This document shows positions 10,901 to 20,159 of a stretch of DNA of 64,000 nucleotides, in pieces. This DNA comes from Roseibacillus sp. (GTDB lineage Bacteria; Verrucomicrobiota; Verrucomicrobiia; Verrucomicrobiales; Akkermansiaceae). The translations under genes and the position numbers were made by a program. The DNA lies in assembly GCA_965242925.1 (NCBI GenBank), contig CBDEUM010000038.1, positions 224,001 to 288,000 on the forward strand. The letters run 5' to 3'. Below the pieces are notes generated by a model, which worked only from the letters and a program-made list of their open reading frames with translations, ran no database searches and was not told where the DNA came from. Each line of letters opens with the position of its first letter. Position 1 is the first letter of the stretch.

Positions 10901-11468
10901 TTCTCCCGGGGGTGGGGGCACTGGGGATCCCGTTGGTGTTTGAGCTGCGCCATGAACTACCGAGGTTGTTGTCGAGAGCAGGATTGATAAGTTCCATGGA
11001 GCTCCCTGCGCCGTCCGCTTCTATGGGCCAGGGGAAGTCCTTGTCGAAGTTGACGCGGTCGATGCGTTCACCCGAAGGATCGACGAGGTCGACGGTTTCG
11101 CCCTCACCACTCAGGCCGCCGGAATAAGGACCTGCGACCCTCAGATCTATGGGAGGTCCGTTGGGGTTGGGTTCCTGGAATTCCGCACGGAGGCTGGTCG
11201 GGTTTTCCGCCACCACGAGGTAGGAGCCCACATCGAGAAAAGTGTTCTGGGGAAAGAGGAACCCGATTCCCCCGGTGATCTGCCAGCCGGAAAGATTGGC
11301 GGTCCCCGGTCCCGGGTTGTAGATCTCGACGAACTCGTTTGGAACGTAGTTAACGTCGTTGTTATAGTGAATCTCGTTGATAACCGGGGCGGCAGAAAGA
11401 ACCGCGGCAGTTAGAAGGTGGATAGTCCCCGGGACCGAGAGGAGGCGAGCAAACAGGGGAGAGAACAC
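7926..11468 (-). CDS. Secreted CotH-family kinase with lamin-tail domains
   Basis: Two LTDs (INEIHYN..EFVEIYN; ISEIMYNP..EFVELRN); CotH motifs KRSFRFRF and WDSDTSWG; GTG at 11468 precedes a signal peptide. Confidence 0.85.
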   Translation of the reverse strand: MFSPLFARLLSVPGTIHLLTAAVLSAAPVINEIHYNNDVNYVPNEFVEIYNPGPGTANLSGWQITGGIGFLFPQNTFLDVGSYLVVAENPTSLRAEFQEPNPNGPPIDLRVAGPYSGGLSGEGETVDLVDPSGERIDRVNFDKDFPWPIEADGAGSSMELINPALDNNLGSSWRSSNTNGIPSAPTPGRTNSVASTAAPPNIRQVRHTPRQPTGSEDTVITAKVTDPDGVAEVNLQYALILPGRYVPAFLAKSHSQLLANPTAPRTPNPAYLRNWLTTPMLDDGLGDDALAGDDIFTATIPAEDYSNRTLLRYRIAVSDSDGSSVTAPFFDDDSLNFACFIYDGIPDYVTTTRTYPAEPILNTLPAYHLLTTQADYDKCVAYDANQIPRNSYDARSAFNWSGTFVYNGIAYDNISYRLRQRNARYSNRGKRSFRFRFNRGNHVQFHDMWGNPYPTRWRTLNSHKMHARGGTNFGLYEAANSILWNTTGTPSPFTHWFHFRVIKNAEEAPDQYHGDFYGFLLAMEDYDRRFLKAHDLEEGNLYKLKSGLTEGLDVIRYHAPRGTRGGADYENIIFNLRPQQNDAWLRRHVDWDSWYHYHAIVDAVRHYDVQPNTSEHLKNRSYYFKPDRSRFGLLQVFPWDSDTSWGPNWNGGEDFCKYAMGSRPEFNKEYRNVVREIRDLLWQQDQINGLIDMLQDRVISFQQADRLRWTSAPSSAGTQNDGDIRVRTRDMKNFAFTGGTWTGGDSGTMESGSRDSGTSGREGRDAYLDELGADPSIPDTPTITDLSEEDHPANGLRFESSAFSDSSGDFGAMEFRIAEHAPYVRGSNVPFPFEWAATWESSELDTFTSSIRPPASAVRGNKTYRARVRHMDSTGRWSHWSTPVEFVAADPFATDHQQGLVISEIMYNPTGSDDLEFVELRNIGPVPLDLTDVRFTKGIDFDFPANTVINPGQYLLVVRNVAAFESHYGTHLPVAGEYQNEEEGRLENDGERIKLALGAFPIHEFVYDNNSPWPEGADAGGYSLELAHTTDNADNDPLDPLGHGIPSNWRLGGSPGASTSQTFSGPDPLADDDRDGLSAFLEHALGSDDGDPANGPGLISAQRGENALTFTFQRHLFADDVHYEVEISRDLLTWSSEASLLSEVGNNDETSLVTYKSDLPVDEETILFMRLRTTMVQPLP

Positions 11469-11590
11469 GGGTGTTGAAGATGGGGGGTTGAACCGATTTA
11501 TGGGATTAGGCGGTCGTAGTACCTGTATGCCCTGTCCACGAGCGCTGCAATGCAAAATCCGGGGTTCTGCCGTCCGGGCTGAGGCGGACA

Positions 11591-14500
11591 TCAAGGCTGC
11601 GGAATCACCACCTGCCGGGCTCCTGCGATGGCCTCGGTGGTGCTGGAGGCGCCGTCTGGCCAGCGCACCGTAATCTCCACGCGGGCACCGGCGGTTACTG
11701 GGCCCAGGCCGAACCAGCATACGGGTTCCGACTGGCCAAGGTAGCCTGAGCCAGCCGCGATTTCGGAGGTTTGGCCTCGCCTGCGTCCTGCCTGCGTCAC
11801 CGTGATCCTGGCCCCGACTGCCTGAATATTTCCCGGTTTTCCCACCAGGCGCACTTCGAGCAGCCGGTTCGTTTGTTCCCGGGCGGAAGGCTCGGAGAAG
11901 ATCATGAGGGGCGAATTGTTGACGGCAAAGATCAACTCGGGGCGCCCGTCGGCGTTGAGATCGGCACTGGTGATGGCGGTGGCGGCCCCTGGAACGCCTA
12001 TTCCGCTCCGGTCAGGCCCGGAGGCCACGAAATCTCCCGTCCCGCGTCCGTGGAGCAGAAGGCTCAGGCCGGCATCAAGCAGGCCGATTTCCGGTTGGGC
12101 TCCGAAGAAGTTCTGGGCCAGCACGCAGTCGACGTGTCCGTCAGCATCAAGGTCACTGAGAAGGACTCCCTGCGAGGGAGAATACTGGGCGGCCCGGGGA
12201 AGAGGGCGAACGGTGAATTGCGCCTGGCCATTGTTCAGCAGGACGCAGGACTCAAGGGTATTGACCTCAAGCCGGAGGGAATCCGAGAGGCCGTCTCCGT
12301 AGAGGTCTCCGAGAGTGGAACGGGCAAAGTTCCCGAAGGTCTTGAGTCGCTTGCGCAGGATGGGCATGGCTCCACTGGAGCAGCTGAAACCCCGCCTTGG
12401 ATAGCAGGTCTTGCCCTCGAACTTGGCCTCGACGATGCGCTTGTTTCCGCTCCCGTCAAAGTCGCCGTAAAAGAGGAGTTCGGGTTTTTCCCTGCTCGCC
12501 TGGTAGGGCGTATTGGTGCCCTGGTTGGTTGCTACGTAATCGAGGTCTCCGTCGCCGTCCAGGTCGGCGCTCGCGATTCCGTTCCACCAACCGAGGTGAT
12601 TCCCCAGTCCGGATTTGCCGGTTGCTTCGATCAGCCGCCCCTCTTGATTGAGAAACACTTTCACCGGTCCCCATTCACAGCAGATAAGGAGGTCGATCCA
12701 GCCGTCGCCATTGGCGTCGGACCAGAGGGCGCCGCTCACCAGGCCGGCGTGCTGCAAACCCGGAGACAGAGAGGTCTGGTCAGTGAACTTTACACCGGGA
12801 GGGGTGGAGTCGTTTCGCAGAAGGCGGCTTGAGGGGGGTTCCGGATACGCTCCCGGAACCACGCGTCCGCCGACGAAAAGGTCGATGTCGCCGTCCCGGT
12901 CGTAGTCGGCACCCACCACGCAACTCCCACTGTCACGCAGATCAGGCAGGGCTTCCATGGCGTGGGCGAGTCGCCCGGATTCGTTGTTGAGGTAGAGTCG
13001 GTCGCGCAGGAGTTCCGCCCCCGGGTTGCATTCCACTCCACCACTGACCACATAGAGATCCTGACGGCCGTCACCATTTGCGTCGAAGAAGAGGGCTCCC
13101 AGGTCCTCGGAGGCGGCGTGCTTTGCAAGGTCGGGACTCGGGACTTCGCGGAAGGTGCCCCTGTCCACGTTGAGAGAGAGGCGACCGGGATGACCTGCCC
13201 CGCCGGAAAGGAAGAAGTCTGCATCGCCGTCCCCGTCGACGTCCTGCCAGGCTATCCCCGGGCCAAGTTGAGAGTGTTTGTAGGGGAGGAGGGGTTGTCG
13301 GGTGAAGTCGTCGTAGAGAGTCTCCCTGTGCGCAATCTTCCGCAGGGAGGGGGAATTGATGGGGGCGTAGGGGGTCGATCGGCGGGCGGGGCGTGCCCAT
13401 TTCGGCGGAGGAGTGGTGGGTTCCTCAATGAGGTAGGAGCGGCCGGCTATCAGGTTCTCAAAGCGTTGAACGTGTCCGCGTTGCCACTTCACCGTGATGT
13501 GCCTGATCTTCTCGTTGGTCCCCAGTCCGAACTGCAGGATCGGCTGGTTGCAGGAGAGGAATCCGGTGGCCGGTTGCAACCCGCCCTTCTGCAGGCGGCC
13601 ACCGCCTTGCACCCAGACGTCAGCTCCCAGGCCGTGGCGATTTCCCGCTGCTCCCTTCAGCCGAACGGTCACTCTCCGGGCGGAGGACGGGGCATTGTTT
13701 CGGTATATGCGGACCGGTTCATCCAGACTGGCTACGATTATTTCGGCATCGCCGTCGCCATCGAGATCGCCGGTGGCCGCCGCATAGCTCATTCCGAGAT
13801 GATCAAGTCCCCACTCAGAGCTGATGTTCTCGAACTTGAGGTTGCCCCGGTTGGCAAAGGCGAGGTTCGCTTCTCTGCGGGGGGGATGAGATTCGTAGTG
13901 ATCCCACTCGGTCTTGCCGATATAGTCGGAGGCACTCCGCTGGTCGTCGGAATTGTTGAACCCTCTCGACACTCCATTGGTGAAGAAGGCGTCGACGTGG
14001 CCGTTGAGATCGAAGTCCTGAAGTTTGACCGCCCAGGTCCAGTCCGAGTTGGCGAGGCCCGCCTGGTAGGCGCCGTCGGCGAGTTTTCCGACTCCGTTGT
14101 TGAGATAGAGAACATTGTGCATGTACTGGCGGGGAACGGCCGAGAGCAGGAAAGGCCTGATGGAGGTAATTTCCCCCATCGTGGTCTTGGAGCGGTAGTG
14201 ATTGGTGCCCGCCATGTCGGCGATGAGCAGGTCGGTGCGACCGTCGCCATCGAGGTCAGCCACATCGGCTCCCATTGAGAACCAGGGCGTGTGCGGAGCG
14301 GCCTTTCTGATAACGTCGGTAAAGGTGCCGTTCCCGTTATTACGGTAGAGTCGGTCGGCATCCTTGAAGTCATTGCCGACATAGATGTCGGGGAGTCCGT
14401 CATTGTCAAAATCCCACCAGGTCACCGAGTTTCCCCGGTCGCGTCCTGAAATACCGGCGACTCTGCTGACATCCGTAAAGCGGATCTGTCCCTTGGCGTC

Positions 14501-15373
14501 CGATCCCTCGTTGCGGAGGAGGACGTCCTGGCGACCGGCATTGATGTAGACCTGTTTTCCCCCGGGTCGGGTCACGATATCGTAGTATTTCTCGAAACCG
14601 GGCTTGATCCTCCACTTGTTGTCCACCAGTTCGACCGGGTGCTCCTTTGGTCGCCCGCCCGCCCGCTTGAAGTCCCGGGTGAGGAGGAAGCAATCCAGGT
14701 CGCCGTCCAGGTCGTAGTCACAGAAGGTGGCCATCAGGCTGGCGTCCGAAATGGCGAGGCCAAAAGACTCTGCCTGTTCCGTGAATTTCCCCTTTCCGTC
14801 ATTGATCCAGAGGTGATTGGGAGCGTCGTAGTTGCAGACGTGGATGTCGAGGTCACCGTCGCTGTCGATGTCAACGAGGGTGGGGCCAGCGGACCAGGTG
14901 CCGGAGGGGGTGATCCCCGAGGCCCTGGTGGCATCCGCAAACCGGAGGGGTTTGTCGGTCTGGAGGTAGAGAGCGTTCTCCGGGGATCCTCCTGTGAGGA
15001 AGAGATCAGGTCGGCCGTCGCCATCCAGGTCGCCCACTCCAATTCCTCCGCAGGCGAACGCGCCAAGGTAAATACGCTTGAGAGGGTGCCTGGTGTCGAT
15101 TGGATTGACGAAGTCGATACCGGACTGTTCGGGGGTCAGCGCGGTAAAGAGGTTTTGGCCTGGAGGTCCGGGTGTCTGGAGGGGGAGGGATTCGGGTGTC
15201 CCGGCTCCCGGAAGGATTCCCGTGCACAGCAACACCGCGGCAGAAAGTCGGGTGGCGGTCGGAAGGGAGCGGAGGCGAGGGAGCACGGCGGCGATGTTAA
15301 GAGATAAATGGTTCGACAGCAACAGATTCGACCGGGGTTTAAGGGATGTCAGGAAGTTGCTTCTATCAGTCAC
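11591..15373 (-). CDS. FG-GAP/VCBS repeat protein (CRTAC1-like) with two ASPIC/UnbV domains; start uncertain
   Basis: Many DxDGDGxxD repeats; GFLSCNQPILQFGLG and GYLGQSEPVCWFGLG..VRWPDG. Confidence 0.9.
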   Translation of the reverse strand: MTDRSNFLTSLKPRSNLLLSNHLSLNIAAVLPRLRSLPTATRLSAAVLLCTGILPGAGTPESLPLQTPGPPGQNLFTALTPEQSGIDFVNPIDTRHPLKRIYLGAFACGGIGVGDLDGDGRPDLFLTGGSPENALYLQTDKPLRFADATRASGITPSGTWSAGPTLVDIDSDGDLDIHVCNYDAPNHLWINDGKGKFTEQAESFGLAISDASLMATFCDYDLDGDLDCFLLTRDFKRAGGRPKEHPVELVDNKWRIKPGFEKYYDIVTRPGGKQVYINAGRQDVLLRNEGSDAKGQIRFTDVSRVAGISGRDRGNSVTWWDFDNDGLPDIYVGNDFKDADRLYRNNGNGTFTDVIRKAAPHTPWFSMGADVADLDGDGRTDLLIADMAGTNHYRSKTTMGEITSIRPFLLSAVPRQYMHNVLYLNNGVGKLADGAYQAGLANSDWTWAVKLQDFDLNGHVDAFFTNGVSRGFNNSDDQRSASDYIGKTEWDHYESHPPRREANLAFANRGNLKFENISSEWGLDHLGMSYAAATGDLDGDGDAEIIVASLDEPVRIYRNNAPSSARRVTVRLKGAAGNRHGLGADVWVQGGGRLQKGGLQPATGFLSCNQPILQFGLGTNEKIRHITVKWQRGHVQRFENLIAGRSYLIEEPTTPPPKWARPARRSTPYAPINSPSLRKIAHRETLYDDFTRQPLLPYKHSQLGPGIAWQDVDGDGDADFFLSGGAGHPGRLSLNVDRGTFREVPSPDLAKHAASEDLGALFFDANGDGRQDLYVVSGGVECNPGAELLRDRLYLNNESGRLAHAMEALPDLRDSGSCVVGADYDRDGDIDLFVGGRVVPGAYPEPPSSRLLRNDSTPPGVKFTDQTSLSPGLQHAGLVSGALWSDANGDGWIDLLICCEWGPVKVFLNQEGRLIEATGKSGLGNHLGWWNGIASADLDGDGDLDYVATNQGTNTPYQASREKPELLFYGDFDGSGNKRIVEAKFEGKTCYPRRGFSCSSGAMPILRKRLKTFGNFARSTLGDLYGDGLSDSLRLEVNTLESCVLLNNGQAQFTVRPLPRAAQYSPSQGVLLSDLDADGHVDCVLAQNFFGAQPEIGLLDAGLSLLLHGRGTGDFVASGPDRSGIGVPGAATAITSADLNADGRPELIFAVNNSPLMIFSEPSAREQTNRLLEVRLVGKPGNIQAVGARITVTQAGRRRGQTSEIAAGSGYLGQSEPVCWFGLGPVTAGARVEITVRWPDGASSTTEAIAGARQVVIPQP

Positions 15374-15466
15374 CCGGTGGGGTGTGGGTGCTGAAGGAGC
15401 GGATCAGAAAGGCTGGCTTTCCTGCTCGTGTTCCCGGGGTAATTCCTCCCAGAATCGTGTGTGAAG

Positions 15467-16969
15467 ATGAAGTTTGTCGCTCTTGCTGTTGTCGCCCTGT
15501 TCGTCCCGTTGCTCCAGGGTGCGGAGAAGCCCAATGTGGTTGTCGTCTACGGCGATGATGTCGGTTACGGCGATGTGGGGGTCTACGGGGCCACCAGGAT
15601 CCCCACTCCCTTTATCGACAAGGTGGCCGGGGAGGGACTGCGCTTCACTGATGGGCACTGCACCGCGGCCACCTGTACGCCCTCGCGGTATTCGATGCTG
15701 AGTGGTCTCTACGGGTTCCGGGAAGGAGTGCGCATCCTGCCCCCCAATGCGCCGCTCTGTATCCCAACCGACATTCTGACCCTGCCCAAGCTCTTCCGCC
15801 GGGCGGGCTACCATACCGGGGTGGTGGGAAAGTGGCACCTCGGACTCGGGGCGAGGGGAACGCCTGTGAACTGGAACGCCGAGGTGAAGCCGGGTCCCCT
15901 GGAAGTGGGGTTTGATTATTCCTTTCTCCTACCCTCCACCAACGACCGGGTTCCCTGCGTCTATCTCGAGAACTACAAGGTGGTGAACCTCGATTCTGGA
16001 GATCCGCTCTACGTGGGAAGCGCCCCGGAGGGTCACAAGAGCACCTCCTATCCATACGGACGCACCAACCCGGAGGCAGAGACATACTATCCGGGTGATC
16101 ACCAGCACAGCGAAACCGTGATCAACGGGATTGGACGGATCGGCAAGATGTGGGGAGGGAAGTCCGCCCTCTGGAATGACGAGACCATGGCCGATGAGTT
16201 TGCCTCTCAGGCGAGAAAATTTTTGGAACGGCAGAGCAGGGAGAAACCGTTTTTCCTCTATGTCTCCTCCCAGGACATCCACGTGCCTCGTGCACCTCAT
16301 CCCCGTTTTCAGGGAAAGACCCAGTTGGGCAAGCGGGGAGACGCCATGGTGCAGTTTGACTGGCTGGTGGGGGCGGTGGCGCAAGCCCTTGAGGATACGG
16401 GATTCACGGAGAACACCATCCTGATCGTGTCCTCCGATAATGGGCCGGTCTATGACGATGGTTACGAGGACGGCTCCACGGTGCGCAAGTCGAGCAAGGA
16501 ATCGGACCAGGGGCACGATGCCTCGGGTCCCTATCGCGGGGGGAAGTATCAGATTTACGAGGGCGGCACGCGGGTTCCCTTCATTTTGAAATGGCCGGGG
16601 CGCATCAAGCCGGGAGTCTCCGGTGCCCTCGTCAGTCAGATTGATTTCATTGCCTCCTTTGCCGAGTTGCTGGGGATCGAGCTCAAGCCGGAGGAGGCCC
16701 GGGACAGCCGGAGCACCCTGGCGGCCTTCCTTGGCAAGGATGAGAAGGGATTAGCCTTTACCCTGGAGGAGGCCAGTCGACAGGTCGCGATCCGATCGGG
16801 GCACTGGAAGTTCATTCCAGGAAAGAAGGCTGGGGCGGGGCAGCTCTACGACCTCTCCCGGGACATGGGAGAGCAGAAGAACGTGCAGGCGGCCCACTCC
16901 GGAGTTGTAAAGCGCTTGGCCGCCCAGCTCTCCGCCCTCCGCAAGGGCAGGGGATTGCGGGTGAAGTAG
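15467..16969 (+). CDS. Arylsulfatase (S1 formylglycine-dependent sulfatase)
   Basis: Signal peptide; PNVVVVYGDDVGYGD; CTPSR; GKWHLG; SDNG; YEGGTRVP. Confidence 0.93.
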   Translation: MKFVALAVVALFVPLLQGAEKPNVVVVYGDDVGYGDVGVYGATRIPTPFIDKVAGEGLRFTDGHCTAATCTPSRYSMLSGLYGFREGVRILPPNAPLCIPTDILTLPKLFRRAGYHTGVVGKWHLGLGARGTPVNWNAEVKPGPLEVGFDYSFLLPSTNDRVPCVYLENYKVVNLDSGDPLYVGSAPEGHKSTSYPYGRTNPEAETYYPGDHQHSETVINGIGRIGKMWGGKSALWNDETMADEFASQARKFLERQSREKPFFLYVSSQDIHVPRAPHPRFQGKTQLGKRGDAMVQFDWLVGAVAQALEDTGFTENTILIVSSDNGPVYDDGYEDGSTVRKSSKESDQGHDASGPYRGGKYQIYEGGTRVPFILKWPGRIKPGVSGALVSQIDFIASFAELLGIELKPEEARDSRSTLAAFLGKDEKGLAFTLEEASRQVAIRSGHWKFIPGKKAGAGQLYDLSRDMGEQKNVQAAHSGVVKRLAAQLSALRKGRGLRVK

Positions 16970-17029
16970 GAACGGCGAATTATCAGGGCCAGGACCACCG
17001 GAAGTCCTGGTCGCTGAGTGTTCATCGCA

Positions 17030-17160
17030 ACTCTCGTGGTTACCGATGATGGGATAGACGGGAATCTGGGAGCGGGTGACCAGATCGCGAAGCCAGGCCA
17101 GGGACTGGGCGTCGGAGGGGTCGAAGGTGGCCCTGAGGAGGAAGATGGAGTCCCAGGCCG
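17030..17160 (-). pseudogene. Probable remnant of a calcineurin-like metallophosphoesterase
   Basis: IPVYPIIGNHE motif at 17033-17065 in a short intergenic frame; no full-length gene. Confidence 0.4.
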
Positions 17161-17227
17161 GGAGGGTCGATGGTGGATAGCGCCATGCTCGACACATGGC
17201 AGTCGGGGAGCAGGCTGACGAGACAGT

Positions 17228-18562
17228 TCAATTCTTCTTCGCGAGCGAGAGACAAATCACTTCGGAGTCGTTGCGGATGAAGACGCACTTGCGGGCGTAG
17301 GCGGGATGCGACCAGACGATATGGCGCTGCCGGAGGTCGGCCCCGTTGGGTTCGATGACGTGGGCCCGGTCGATCTCCTCGTAGCCCTTGACGGAGAGCC
17401 GGGCGATGACGAGGTCGCCTTTTTCGGTGAAGAGGAAGTAGCGGTCCTCGTGCGGGGTGACGAAGACCGTTCCCCACCGGGTCGGACCGTCGAGGGCGAT
17501 GGGCTCGAGGGACTCCCAGACCCGCTTGCCGGTGAGGGCCTCCATGCAGCGGAACTGTCCGTAGCTGCAGGCCCCGAAGAGGTGCCCATCCCTGAGGACC
17601 ATGGTGTTCATGATGCCGTGGAGGTGGGTGGTCTGCCGCTCGCTGGCCTTGTTGGTGCGGTAGACGATAGACGGGGTGCCGTTGTTCTTCTTCAGGCGGA
17701 GGAGCAGGGAACCGTTGTAGAAGGAGGACAGGAAGAGGTGATCCTTGTCGATCATCTGGGGCATGGGGATGGTGAGGCCGAAGCGGATCTTCCAGGGAAT
17801 GGTCCAGAAGAGCTTGCCGGTTGCGGGATCGAGGGCATTGACGCTTTCGGGGTGCCAGATGATGAGCAGTTCGCGACCTCCGTGCTTCACGATGCGGGGG
17901 GGACAGTAGCCCGGTTGACCGGCGCTCAGGGCTCGCCAGACTTCCTTGCCAGTCTCCTTGTGGAAGGCGACCGCGATGCTTCCCTTTCCGGCCGCGAGGC
18001 AGATGAGGAGATCGCCGTGGATGAGAGGCGAAGCAGCAAAACCCCAGGTCTGGGTCTTGGCTTGGAAGCGTTCCTTGAAGTCGTGTTTCCAGAGTTCCGT
18101 GCCGTCCGTCGTCGAGCGGCAGACGAGGAGTCCCTCGGCGCCGGAGCTGTAGACCCGTTCCCCGTTCACGAGAGGAGTGACGCGGGGGCCGGCGGGGTAG
18201 GACATGGTATAGGCACAGGGATAGGATTTCTCCCAGATGACCGTTCCGTCGGAGGCGTTGAGGCAGAGGAGGCGCTCCTTTCCCGGTTGGGTGCCGGTGC
18301 GGGCGGACTCGCGTTTGGCTTCCGCGCTGCGGTCCACTTCGCGGTCCATAAGGTAGACCCGCTCGCCGGCAATGGCTGGTCCGGCGTAGCCCCGACGGAT
18401 GGGGGTGCGCCAGAGAACCCTGGGGCCACCCTCCGGAAATTTCTCGAGGATGCCGGACTCGTGCCATACGCCGTCCCGCTGCGGGCCGAACCACTGGGGC
18501 CAGTCCTCCGCATGGGAGGTGAGAGAAGAGGCCAGGATGACAAGGGGCAGGAATTTTTTCAT
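17228..18562 (-). CDS. PQQ-binding-like (BamB-like) beta-propeller protein
   Basis: Signal peptide; DWPQWFGPQRDG; repeated G..lW motifs; WSHPA C-terminus. Confidence 0.9.
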   Translation of the reverse strand: MKKFLPLVILASSLTSHAEDWPQWFGPQRDGVWHESGILEKFPEGGPRVLWRTPIRRGYAGPAIAGERVYLMDREVDRSAEAKRESARTGTQPGKERLLCLNASDGTVIWEKSYPCAYTMSYPAGPRVTPLVNGERVYSSGAEGLLVCRSTTDGTELWKHDFKERFQAKTQTWGFAASPLIHGDLLICLAAGKGSIAVAFHKETGKEVWRALSAGQPGYCPPRIVKHGGRELLIIWHPESVNALDPATGKLFWTIPWKIRFGLTIPMPQMIDKDHLFLSSFYNGSLLLRLKKNNGTPSIVYRTNKASERQTTHLHGIMNTMVLRDGHLFGACSYGQFRCMEALTGKRVWESLEPIALDGPTRWGTVFVTPHEDRYFLFTEKGDLVIARLSVKGYEEIDRAHVIEPNGADLRQRHIVWSHPAYARKCVFIRNDSEVICLSLAKKN

Positions 18563-18658
18563 GAACTATCGATGAGGCTACAGAATTCCCGGACCTATGC
18601 CATTATCCAATGGCGGCCCTGTTTTCCTGTGCTAGCCTCGGTCAAGCAGAGCCGATCC

Positions 18659-18931
18659 ATGGACGTTACCAACAAGAGTAAGAAACCCCTTCTCGTACCG
18701 CTCCCGGGTGGTAAACGCCTTTTCCTGCAGCCTGGCAAGACCGGTCAGGTCACTCCCAAGGCGCTCGAGCATCCGCCCGTGGCGAAATTGCTGGAATCCG
18801 GGGATCTGGAGTCTGCACAGGGGGCTCACGGCCCCAGTGCCCGAGCGGGAGGCAAGGTCAGCGGTTCCGCTGGTGGCTCCTCTACCCCCAAGGGGGGATC
18901 AGGAGCGTCCCGTCAGTCGGGAGACCGATAG
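18659..18931 (+). CDS. Small hypothetical protein (90 aa)
   Basis: ATG start; fills the gap between flanking genes; beta-rich N-terminus and Gly/Ser tail. Confidence 0.55.
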   Translation: MDVTNKSKKPLLVPLPGGKRLFLQPGKTGQVTPKALEHPPVAKLLESGDLESAQGAHGPSARAGGKVSGSAGGSSTPKGGSGASRQSGDR

Positions 18932-18935
18932 GCGG

Positions 18936-20123
18936 TTAGCGCAGGAGGTGAGGCCGCCAGATATCGCGGCCGCGGTCCTTGACCAGCTTGGCGAAGATTT
19001 CGCGGTCACTCAGGTCCTCGTCAATGAAGGCACGAATCTCGGCGGCCACTTCCTTCGGTCGCCCGCAGCCTTTCACGTTGCAGCTGGCCTGGATGTAGAA
19101 CATGCCGGTGCACCGGTCCCCGGGGATGCCGCAGCTGCAGTAAATTGTCTGCAGAAACCATTGCACGCGCTCCTCCTTGTCCTGCAGGCGATCGAGGTCG
19201 GTCGGTTCGTGGGAGGCCTGGACTTCCCCGGGAGGCTCAGGAACCTTCAGATTGACGCGTTGTCCCGGTTTCAAGCCGAGGAGGTGGAGTCCACTGGCGG
19301 GCACAAGGTGCACGCGGGTGCGTTCACGCCAGGGGGAGACTGATTTGACGACGGCCTTGACGGGGTCCTTGATGGCGAGACGGACTTCGTCTCCCTTCTT
19401 CAGGTAACGGCCCCAACGGATGGCCTCGTGATCGAGGGTCACTTCCATCTCGCCGCCGAGAGGGTGGAGTCCACTGATGGACCCGGGGAGCCCTTCCTCG
19501 CGCCAGCGGTCCCGGAGCCAGTTCTGCTGGCGGGATCTCAGGGTTTCGAACTCTTCGGGGTCATGCCCTGCGCGGAGGGTGTTCCCGGACGATTGGGCGA
19601 AGAGACTTGAGGATGCTTTCCGGGGTCCCTGGTAAGTGTCCGCGAAGTGCAAGGTGCGCTCAGGCACCTTCTTGGGGTCCTCGCCCGGCACGTGGAGGAC
19701 AGCTTTGTCCCCGTCTACGGATTTTATCACCAACGGTTCGTCGTGGATGTCCTGCTCGGACATTTCGTCGGCAATCATGAGGACCGAGTGGGGATTTTTC
19801 TTCCGGTCGACCATGAGCCAGATCCAGACCCGGTTGTCCTCGTGAAGTTGTTCCAGTCGGCCCCACCAGCCATGGATCTTGATCTCCGCGTCGGGGAGCA
19901 CGGGCCACGAGGAAGCTTCCTTCTCGCCCTCGAAGTGCAGATGGACGGTGGACCCGTCCTCGTCGCACCGGATGTAACGGGCGAATTTCTTGACCACGTG
20001 ACGCAGGACATCGGCCTTCCCCGCGATGACCTTCTTCGCGTTCTCCTCCTTTTCGCCGAAGAGGGGGAGGCCGGGAATCAGGAGCGCGACACAGGTAATA
20101 ACTGGAAGGAGAGAGACCCTCAT
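18936..20123 (-). CDS. Secreted hypothetical protein with a C-terminal Cys-rich CcmH-like domain
   Basis: Signal peptide; YCSC..C..SCNVKGC followed by EIRAFIDEDLSDREIFAKLVKDRG. Confidence 0.7.
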   Translation of the reverse strand: MRVSLLPVITCVALLIPGLPLFGEKEENAKKVIAGKADVLRHVVKKFARYIRCDEDGSTVHLHFEGEKEASSWPVLPDAEIKIHGWWGRLEQLHEDNRVWIWLMVDRKKNPHSVLMIADEMSEQDIHDEPLVIKSVDGDKAVLHVPGEDPKKVPERTLHFADTYQGPRKASSSLFAQSSGNTLRAGHDPEEFETLRSRQQNWLRDRWREEGLPGSISGLHPLGGEMEVTLDHEAIRWGRYLKKGDEVRLAIKDPVKAVVKSVSPWRERTRVHLVPASGLHLLGLKPGQRVNLKVPEPPGEVQASHEPTDLDRLQDKEERVQWFLQTIYCSCGIPGDRCTGMFYIQASCNVKGCGRPKEVAAEIRAFIDEDLSDREIFAKLVKDRGRDIWRPHLLR

Positions 20124-20159
20124 GGCAGGGGAGTCACTCTAGAATCGTCCAGGCGGGGA

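Noticed and set aside
11469..11720. Extended N-terminus of the CotH ORF overlapping the upstream gene
   Set aside because: Arg/Pro-rich non-protein-like sequence; GTG 11468 gives a proper signal peptide
11771..14278. 353-aa and 438-aa + strand ORFs
   Set aside because: Antisense shadows of the FG-GAP gene
17040..18658. Long alternative ORFs (17306..18931 +, 541 aa; 17040..18494 -, 484 aa)
   Set aside because: Shadow frames of the PQQ-propeller gene caused by high GC3; only the last 90 aa of the + ORF was kept
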